From positions 38,118,388-38,182,387 of the forward strand of contig NC_092670.1 in the NCBI RefSeq assembly GCF_964355755.1: a DNA stretch of 64,000 nucleotides, written 5' to 3'. The notes under the pieces were generated by a model. The model made no database searches. It saw nothing but the letters and a program-made list of their open reading frames with translations, and had not been told where the DNA came from. Of the stretch, positions 38,428 through 48,300 are shown in pieces; the first letter of the stretch is position 1, and the number at the start of each line of letters is the position of its first letter. The translations under genes were made by a program, and so were the position numbers. The DNA is from Antedon mediterranea (taxonomy: Eukaryota > Animalia > Echinodermata).

Positions 38428-38657
38428 TTAAACTAATGTATTGGTCCATCCAATGCAACATGTCCACTTCTGTAAAAGAAATTCTCCCAAGTTTTAAAGA
38501 TGTTATGCAGTTTTGTCGAATATACAGTGTGGTGAACTGTAAATTAATTTAAGAAAATGTGAAAGCCTGATATTGAACAAGAGAAACAATAAAAAATGTT
38601 TTTGGTTTTTTTTCAATAATATATTTAATAGTTTTTATTTATTTTTTGTCTTTTCAG

Positions 38658-38767
38658 GGAAATCAGAATATGATAATGTACGACATTTAGCCTACCCAGA
38701 TACCACAGCGAGTATTATTTGCTATGATGTTAGTAGACCTGATACATTGAAAAGTGTCATTGAAAAG
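38658..38767 (+). CDS. RND: Rnd-type GTPase, exon 3
   Basis: (G)[36 protein letters not shown]; Rnd-typical YDNVR; ttttcag acceptor and gtactt donor. Confidence 0.92.
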
Positions 38768-39733
38768 GTACTTATAAAGATTTATTAATTTTATAAATTA
38801 TTCAATTTGACCAACAATTGGATCGGATAAAAAATTTAAGTGAAAACATTATTTTCTTACGAAAGTGATGAACTTTGTTGAAACTACAAAATGGCCTATT
38901 CAATGTCTAATTTTATTAATATTCATTTTTTTCATGTTTTTGGGGGACAATACTGTACATCGTTAATTGCAACATATACAAATGTGAAAATAAAAGTCCA
39001 ATTGCAATAGATAAATCAGCAACTTAATACTTCCTTAGGGCTTGGTGAGACATAAATGTTTTATTTAAAAGGAAAGAATTTTAAAACTCATAAATAAAAT
39101 GTTCTAGTTTGAAACTTGAAAACATTAATCTATTTCATTGATTAAGTATCTTTTGTATTTTTAGATATTGTGTAATTCTTTTAGTAGCAATTCCCAGCCC
39201 TTATATCAATTAAGTTTAAATGATTTTGGCAGCCTTAATACCACAAGTATTCAGGCTAAAAAAATTGTGCTTTGAAGTTTCTTGTTGTTTATTTCTGTTG
39301 AACTGCATGGTTTAGTGTTTCGCTCTTTACTTAAAATGAAATAAATGTCCTAGTGACAAATGTACTGTATGTTTTGCCGATGATTCGCTGTTGGTCTGGA
39401 TTAAAATAAAATAAAATACTGTAGAAAAAAGTTATGTTATACTGTACTCTATCAATTAATGTGTAAAAATGATAATTTTTTCTTTTCCATTTCTGTATCA
39501 ATAATTTAGTACCATTACATGAACTCTTTTCAATTTGTTTTCCTTTTATACAAAGATGAACGTCTCTGCTTTAATTCTATATCTAAGTTCAATTAACTAG
39601 TTTATATTATTAAATGAAAATTATTAGCATATATATGATTTTAATTTGAATGAATTATTCAAATTAGAAGTATGACTAAATCTTTTGTGTTGTTGCACAT
39701 GGACTTGAATGCTAATTTTTTTTCTAATTCCAG

Positions 39734-39868
39734 TGGCAACCAGAGATTCTTCGTTATTGTTCAAATTCTCCGATCATTTTAGCTGGATGCAAAAACGATT
39801 TAAGGAATAATGTCCAAATTTTATCAGAATTGGGAACAATGAGGAAAATACCAGTGTCCCACGAGAGG
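39734..39868 (+). CDS. RND: Rnd-type GTPase, exon 4
   Basis: WQPEILRYCSNSPIILAGCKNDLR (Rnd-type CKxD G4) plus Rho insert; ccag acceptor and gtaagg donor. Confidence 0.92.
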
Positions 39869-40661
39869 GTAAGGAAATAATGTTAACCTTGAATCGATAA
39901 TATTAGTAATATGACCTAACAAACTTTGTAGTAACTTTGTCACAAGACAATTTGTTAATGGAACTAACCAGTTCTCATAAAGATTTTCTCTTAATTAATT
40001 AATAATGAACAAGAGTTTCACACACTGTATATGAAATTTAAATTTGTTTTTCTTGTGAAGTATTTTACCCTCTGACAACAGTAACTGAATAGCACCATTT
40101 AAAAATATAAAATTGTAAAATAAGTCTTGCAACTCCAATATTTGATAATGGAAGAGATTTGAAAAAACAGCTAAACCTTTTTTTTATTTGGCCAAAATAT
40201 TCAATACAAATTTTAAATCAAGCATTTAAAACAATCGATATGCTACTGTAAATTTTTAGTTTTTATTATTAATTTTACATGTACTATATAACCAAATACA
40301 CAGAAATGCCAATTGGGTCAATTGTATTAACAGATGTAACCTATTATACACAATATTGCTATCTACCAGCAACATCTGTTCATGTCTTGTTGAAGAAGAT
40401 TAGTTTCCCTTTCTTTGATCATGATTTTAGCAGTAGGAAACAATTAATGACGAAACAAAGCTGCTGGAAATGTTGTTTTTTTTTTTATGTACTCCAGTCA
40501 TTGTCAAGTTCTATGCTTTCAATATAATAGGTTCATTCATGTTAACTTAATTATCATGATCTATCATCATAATAAGTTTATCACAATAAACAGAACCATA
40601 TCATGATCTAACCTAACCATAATGATGTGTCTGGGCCAGTAAGGTTGTGTGCAAGCACTTA

Positions 40662-40752
40662 AGCGTGGTTCCCACTAGCGAAGCGACGCAACGTAAGAAA
40701 ATGCCCTTTCAATAATTGTGTTTTCCCCCGCCTGCGTGAAATCAAACCTGCT
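40662..40752. mobile_element. MITE family B, partial
   Basis: AGCGTGGTTCCCACTAG terminus; interior inverted relative to the 4120 copy. Confidence 0.65.
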
Positions 40753-40833
40753 TCCCACTTGCTTGGTTGTGAGATACCCAGAGTTGGCTAAATAAAACTG
40801 TTAATTAATTATTAATATTTTTTAATTGTACAG

Positions 40834-41109
40834 GGAACAAAAGTTGCCAGACAAATCGGTGCTGCAGCCTTTGTGGAATGTTCAGCAAAAACAAACTTAC
40901 TCAGTGTAAGGGAAGTTTTCGAAAATGCCGCCCTCGCATCAATCGGTAAACTTAGTCTTCAAAAATCATATATGGACTTACCGTCAATGGGACGGAAATT
41001 ATCAATAAGACAATCGTTTCGTCGGAGAAAGGACGGATTTAGATCGCCTGTACGTGTGAAAACAACCGTCGTAAAAGCAGACAAGGGGAAAATGTGCGTG
41101 GTAATGTAA
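40834..41109 (+). CDS. RND: Rnd-type GTPase, exon 5 (last)
   Basis: GTKVARQIGAAAFVECSAK (G5)...basic tail...KADKGKMCVVM stop; CAAX box. Confidence 0.93.
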   Translation, partial: GTKVARQIGAAAFVECSAKTNLLSVREVFENAALASIGKLSLQKSYMDLPSMGRKLSIRQSFRRRKDGFRSPVRVKTTVVKADKGKMCVVM

Positions 41110-42123
41110 TGGAGTCCAAGAAATATATCACCAAGTGCAATAAAATGATGAAAATCACCGTCGACAGACATTTTAAAAGGATTTTCTAACACCGTGTTTA
41201 ATAGTCGTCAGTTCTATGGACAAAGATGTTACAAGTAATACAAATACTTACTGTATGTCTACAAATGTATAAACCAACAAAACAAAAGCAGAGAACGCAG
41301 AATGTCAACAAAATTCTATTTTTTATGCCTGATTTTTTAGGTTTTTATCATTATCTATATATATTGGCATGGTTGTCTTGTTCTTTCAAACTAACTAGTT
41401 TGTTACATTTATCCTCTGTATAATTATATTGCTGTCTTTTGTTAAGGGGGTGGGGGGAAATAAAGTGAGGTGGTTAGCAGATATTCAGATAATTTAAAGA
41501 TTAAAAATACTAGCTAGCCAGGATTCATACCTCAAGAAATATGGCCTTGATGTCCAAGGAGTCTGCATTTCAGTTTACTAACAAGTTTATATGTATAATT
41601 TAGCCACGGTTTGGCAAAAAAGGATGTAGTTGTAGGGAGCCCTCAATTTTTGACAACCTAGGACTTATGATGTCATTGTCATGCAACTTTTGTTGTCAAA
41701 CCTTGGATTCTATTATTACATGTATACGCATTTTAACTTATTTCGGTTCGGTCATCACAAAAAGATTTTACAGAATGACCGACGACTTGAGAAAAATGCC
41801 AGGTGAGTTTCCTAATAAGCTTGACCAGGCAATGGCATTTAAATTTAAATAAACCCCATATCTTGGTTAACAGTAAAACATTACTTGTTTTTGTATATTA
41901 TAAATATTATTGTACATACCAAATAAACTTTTAAAATGAGCTGTCTCATTTTAAAAAATAAAGCAAAATTTCTTTCTTTTTTTTACATTTTTTGCTATAT
42001 TGTTGGGAATCATGGCCCAGGCTGCGATATTTCTTTTTAGATAAGTTGGGAACCCCTCATGAAACGTCACAAAATAAACATGAATATCCATTAGGTGTGA
42101 CGTAAGAATTGAGCTATATAGGC

Positions 42124-43845
42124 CTACTATAATACAGGGATTTTTTTTTTAAATAGCCATTTTTCAACCCTTTTATTTTTCGACAAAACTGGATTCTATT
42201 GTACTTTAAGATGATGATAAAGCAATATATGATCATATAGAGCAGTTTTATCACATAATAATTGAATTTTAAAAACTTGATATTTTGGCAATTTTTTTAA
42301 AAGATCCCTGGGAAATTTTCGAAAATCGGCCATTTTTGGAAAATTTCCCTGTACTATAGTACAGGGATTTTGTCAAAAAAATGGCCAATTTCGACCTTTT
42401 TATTTTTCGATAAAACTGGTTACTATAGCACAATTAACATGCGCAGAGTCGAATAATGGGTTCTGCGCATGTCAATTGTGCTATAGTAACCATATTTGAC
42501 ATAAATGGTTACTATAGCACAATTAACATGCGCAGAACCCATTATTTGTCTCTGCGCATGTTTATTATGCAATAGTAACCATTTATGTCAAAAAATAAAA
42601 GGGTCGAAAATCGGCCATTTTTCGAAAATTTCCCTGTACAGGGATTTTTTTTTTAAATTGCAAATTTTCGACCTTTTTATTTTTCGATAAAACTGGTTAC
42701 TATAGCACAATTAACATGCGCAGAACCCATTAGTCGACTCTGCGCATGTTTATTATGCAATAGTAACCATTTATGTCAAAAAATAAAAGGGTCGAAAATC
42801 GGCCATTTTTCGAAAATTTCCCTGTACTATAGTACAGGGATTTTTTTTTTAAATTGCCAATTTTCGACCTTTTTATTTTTCGATAAAACTGGTTACTATA
42901 GCACAATTAACATGCGCAGAGTCGAATAATGGGTTCTGCGCATGTCAATTGTGCTATAGTAACCATTTATGTCAAATATGGTTACTATAGCACAATTAAC
43001 ATGCGCAGAACCCATTATTCGTCTCTGCGCATGTTTATTATGCAATAGTAACCATTTATGTCAAAAAATAAAAGGGTCGAAAATCGGCCATTTTTCGAAA
43101 ATTTCCCTGTACTATAGTACAGGGATTTTGTCAAAAAAATGGCCAATTTCGACCTTTTTATTTTTCGATAAAACTGTTTCTATAGCACAATTAACATGCG
43201 CAGAGTCGAATAATGGGTTCTGCGCATGTCAATTGTGCTATAGTAACCATTTATGTCAAATATGGTTACTATAGCACAATTAACATGCGCAGAACCCATT
43301 AGTCGACTCTGCGCATGTTTATTATGCAATAGTAACCATTTATGTCAAAAAATAAAAGGGTCGAAAATCTGCCATTTTTCGAAAATTTCCCTGTACTATA
43401 GTACAGGGATTTTGTCAAAAATATGGCCAATTTCGACCTTTTTATTTTTCGATAAAACTGGTTACTATAGCAAAATTAACATGCGCAGAGTCGAATAATG
43501 GGTTCTGCGCATGTCAATTGTGCTATAGTAACCATTTATGTCAAATATGGTTACTATAGCACAATTAACATGCGCAGAACCCATTATTCGTCTCTGCGCA
43601 TGTTTATTATGCAATAGTAACCATTTATGTCAAAAAATAAAAGGGTCGAAAATCGGCCATTTTTCGAAAATTTCCCTGTACTATAGTACAGGGATCTTTT
43701 AAAAAAATTGCCAAAATATCAAGTTTTTAAAATTCAATTATTATGTGATAAAACTGCTCTATATGATCATATATTGCTTTATCATCATCTTAAAGTACGA
43801 TAGACACCATTTTTGTTGAAAAATAAAAGGGTCGAAAAATGGCAA
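42124..43845. repeat. Foldback-like array of nested palindromes (~285-bp period) inside ~150-bp outer inverted arms
   Basis: CCCTGTACTATAGTACAGGG at 42347, 42632 (collapsed), 42820, 43105, 43389 and 43674; GGTTACTATAGC...AGTAACC hairpins between them; ~42155-42310 is the reverse complement of ~43689-43845. Confidence 0.9.
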
Positions 43846-44619
43846 CATTTTTATTTTTACTATACGATGATGGTAATACAATATACGATCATATAAAGCA
43901 ATATTATCGCATAATAATTGCATGGCATTACATTTCCAATATAAAAACATTGTTTTGTTATTAATCAATCTTTACTAATCTAAAATAGATACGGAATATC
44001 CAACACCCTTGGCCAAATCCAGCACTTCTTTCTTCTAATTATTTAGTGACATTATAATATCTTAACATTTCTTAGATTTTGTAAATTATTATTACTCAAG
44101 GTATATTCATTCATTCAAACCAATCATACCAGTGAGCCAAAGGCTGAAATGAGTACAATTTTACAGATATAAACACTTTAAAACTAATGTACTAAAACTA
44201 GTAACCAAATATTAAAAACCCTGTAACATCTAGAAAAATCATTAAAAAAGCATTGTAACATTTTGTAAAAATCGCATTCAACACCTGAAAATAAAAAATT
44301 GATCATGTATTATTATTGGTCCATATTGCCATTTGCTACTGTCAATGTACAAGAAATGATTATCAAAAATTAATGAGTATTATTAGTGTTCAACAACTTC
44401 TTATTAAAATTATTAAATATTATATTAGCATTCAACAACTTAACCATATATGATATAGGACTGTTAGCAAACCTTTTGGTACATGTTTTAGGTAAATTAA
44501 ATGGATGCAATTAGAGTAGTAGTATGCTTTATTCAGATCATTTAAATTTGTTTTAAAATATTTTGTTATTTTTAAAAACTAAAATAATGAATAATTGCTT
44601 ACTGAAGATTGTATATAAT

Positions 44620-44820
44620 CAGTGACATAATGGCTATATGAGTGCTCACTGGCTAAACCCAGGGGTGCCGGAGCTTATGGAGCTCCTGAGCAGTGCCCAG
44701 AGGAAAAAAACAGGCATTAAAGTATGTCAAAACAGTCTAAAAATGCTTGATTCCTCCAGTGTTGGAGGGCCACTTAGTGTTCCTAAACCAGGGGCCTTCA
44801 GCCTCTGCGTTATGCCACTG
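44620..44820 (+). mobile_element. hAT-like MITE
   Basis: TIR CAGTGACATAA / TTATGCCACTG; 8-bp TSD TATATAAT/TATATAAG (7 of 8 match); 14 bp past the helicase stop codon. Confidence 0.75.
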
Positions 44821-44834
44821 TATATAAGATGGTT

Positions 44835-45002
44835 TCAGTGAACCACTCCGTCAAAAATTCCATCATGGGCAGCTTGAAGATGGCCATAACATTCATTTTC
44901 TGTATCAAAGACTTCAGTGCAAATCCAGCACATTGACTTATGACAACTGGTACAGTGCATTTTCCGGCATCCGCCAGTCTTCTCGATCATAGCCCCACAT
45001 TT
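44835..45002 (-). CDS. DEAH helicase-RBR ligase, last exon (RING2/Rcat)
   Basis: tcag acceptor; KCGAMIEKTGGCRKMHCTSCHKSMCWIC...CYGHLQAAHDGIF stop; IEKxGGC RBR motif. Confidence 0.88.
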   Translation of the reverse strand, partial: KCGAMIEKTGGCRKMHCTSCHKSMCWICTEVFDTENECYGHLQAAHDGIFDGVVH

Positions 45003-45335
45003 CTGATAATTTAATATAAATCATAATGATTAGCAAGACTATAATTAATAGAAATACAGGTGTATTTTATTTGAATAAATGCCCCTTTGAATAAATGCCG
45101 CTTGGGTTAAACGCCCCTCGAAACCTCGAAACTCCCACTCCACCCTCTAAAAAAAAACCCCAAATGTGGTGTTTATTCGAATACCGTAACTCCATACAGC
45201 CTGAGTGATACTCAGATGTAAGTTTCATCCATCGCCACACTACTTAAAACACATTTAAATTGCATTTTATATAATTATAATAACACAATCAATCACATGC
45301 TATATAAATTATGCAATTCATATGATAAAACTTAC

Positions 45336-48300
45336 ACAAATTTTAACATCTTTTTGGTTTTTCTTGGCCCAATCCATCACTCCACCCGTTTCTTTGTTAG
45401 CAGTGTACTCTCCACAAGACATGCCAGAATGATCAACTCTACACTTGGTACAAAACTGTTGATTGCACAGAGGGCAGATGAACAACTGTCCTTCGCCGGT
45501 TGATGAACGATAAACCATTGTACAGTTTGGTGTGATACAGTACTTGTATTCATTATTGCACTTTTGTGCAATGAAGGTGTCCAGAGTGGCAGCATACAGC
45601 TTATCTTTGGTTTCCTTACTCCTGGTTAGTAAATTTATATCACACATAAACAATGACTGGTTGCAATCCCCACTTGCACAGATGGCAGGGAATTTTCTTG
45701 TCTCTATACAATTCATTAGCAAATTTACCAAGCATTCTCTACAGTAATTATGACCACATCCTTCCAACCGATGAGAGTCTTTTACTACATCTGAAAAACA
45801 AACTCCGCATACATCATCTTGTATAACATCTTCTTGATCAAGCCTAATTCCTTCTTGTTGTAGGCATTCTTTAATCAAGTCTCGGATTTTGTGTTGTGCA
45901 GTATCGCTACCAAGAACTACAATCATTCTAGATTTTAATATGTATGAAATAGAATCTGCACTACTTTTTCTTTTTAATTCGATCAAATCAGGACCAAACC
46001 ATTTGCGTAACTTCTGAAGAGCTCTGCCTTTAGCCTTTGTAAAGTCACCAAGGCTAATTTCACAATGGTTTCTTTCTGCTTCAGAAATGAATTCATTTAT
46101 TCTTTCTATCATATTTTGTACGTCACCTTCAGTTCCATATACTCTAACAAGACGTTCTCTTCTGTCATAAAATGCCTGTGTGTTTGTATTTTGCCCGGCC
46201 TGATTCAAAAACTGGCGCCAATAGTCAACACTGATTTCGTTGATCACTTTTCGACTACCAGGGATGGGTATCTTATTGCCATCAATCAGCTTTACAAACT
46301 CTGTTTGCAATTTTATCATGCTCTCAGGATTTTTGAATTCTAAATGAATCACAACATCATTTGACTTGTCTTTTTTATTATCATTAATTCGAATACGTGC
46401 ATCTTTGAAATCTTTCTCTCCTGTCTGTTTCAGGGACATCAGGTCATCTTTGATAACTTTGTACACATATCCTGGACAAAACAATCTACATTTCACCAGT
46501 CGTTTAATTGTCAACTGATGTCCGACATTATTTGGCAAAGATGGGGCTCGAGCCACGATTGTGTTGACCGTGTCAGTTGGTACGCCAGTTAATAATACAA
46601 AGGCTGTTACATGTTTACTTCTTAGAGTATCATCTTCATCTCTTGGAGTCTTAAAAGTCCTTTTCGGAGGAAACCTTACATCAATTTTTGCTTTGTCAGT
46701 AAAATTAACCAGCAACTCTTTCATATCTTCACAAAATTGGCCATCTGTTTTTTCGATACATGGAGGATTTCGTAGAACTGAAATTTTATTGAATGTAGCG
46801 CCTACATTAAAAGAATTGATTGAATCTCCTATGTCTTCTTCAGATATTTTTTCATTTAATCTTGATATGTACAAAGCTGTTGCATCAGTCTTTTTAAATT
46901 GACAAGCTACTACTGAACCTTTAATCATCGTCCCATCTAAGGTCTGCCTAATTGTGGCAGCACTATCAACATCTTTACAATTTACAAAGCCAAAATTTTT
47001 TGATACACCAGTTTTCCAAGTGGCAACCAGCTCCTGTTTCAATCCATTCTGTTCTTGAATTCCTTGACAGACAGGCTTACATTTCATAGTTTTTTCCTCT
47101 GGGAAACACTGTTGTACCAATTTGGCTATTCTTGGTGAAATAAATGTAACTTTACCCCAAATTCCCTTGGTCGCCTGTTTGCTATGGGAAGAGAATTTTA
47201 ATTTGTCATGTATGTGTTTTTCTAGCTGGTTTTCTTCTAGCCAATTTTCAAAAACTGGAAATGTATTTCCACTGACATCACTTATTTCTAGAGTTCGAAA
47301 ATCATCTGGCATCAAAAGGAATTTTGGTTCAGCCCCCATTTCAATAACCTGACGAACACCAGATGATGAATGACCAATAGCTACCTCAAGTTGTTGCTTT
47401 TCCAGGGAAGCACGTTCTCTATCAACAATTTGTTGAACTAAAATGTTTGACTTAACCGCTACATTTCTTGACACAAATAACCCTATTGTGCCAGTTTCAT
47501 TACAACATTCAATCACACAAAATGTTGCACTATCTGGTTTCATGGCGCACACTTGTTCTTCAATGCTTCTCAATCCCTGTCCACCTTTTTGTATAATGCG
47601 CCCCATAAGTGTTGGCCCGATTCTAGGAACCCTCACTTCATACACTTGATTATCATTTAATGACGTGAAATCAATAGAGCTCGCTAATTGTGGATGATAT
47701 TCAAAAATCCAGTCACTTTCAACAAGTGTTAGATGCTGAAAAAAATCCTGGGTTGTTCTATTAAATTCAGTGTAAACCATCCACTTTGGAAACACATCTA
47801 ACGACCTTAACGACGATGATGGATGCAAAAGACCGGTCTTCATCTGGAAAACATTTGTATAACCGGCTTTTGGATGTCCATTGTAGATGCACAGATTCTG
47901 GGCATACACAGAGAAAATTAACCTTTGTAAACACCTACTTCCATTTTCACTTTTTCGCCCGACAGTAACTTCATCTCTGCCAGAAAAGAGGTTGTTTGTC
48001 TTTAAAGATTTTTTTATATCTTTGATGATTTCAGCCACAACTTTCATAGTTTTTCCATTAACACTCTTTTTGACGCACCATTTAGATCTTGTTTTCTCTG
48101 GCTGCTGTTTCCATTCATCATAGACATCTAACATAGTAAATACATCACCGTGTACATTGCTGAAATCTAATTTTGATTCATCAGATTTGCGTTTATCCAC
48201 ATCTGAGCCAGATCTATAGAAGATATTTCCACCAGCTGCAAGAAGACCAGCCACAGTTATACCTTCTTCAGCCATGTCATTCTGAATTGATTTTAAAACC

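Noticed and set aside
38224-38552. Periodic ORFs (ISLPYLG)n, (GHITTIF)n and (CPNMVVI)n
   Set aside because: Translations of the 21-bp MITE-derived minisatellite
42300-43700. CRISPR-like look of regularly spaced palindromic repeats, and the repeated ORFs at 42505, 42969 and 43253
   Set aside because: Spacers are repeated rather than unique, there are no cas genes and the context is eukaryotic; the ORFs are by-products of the repeat
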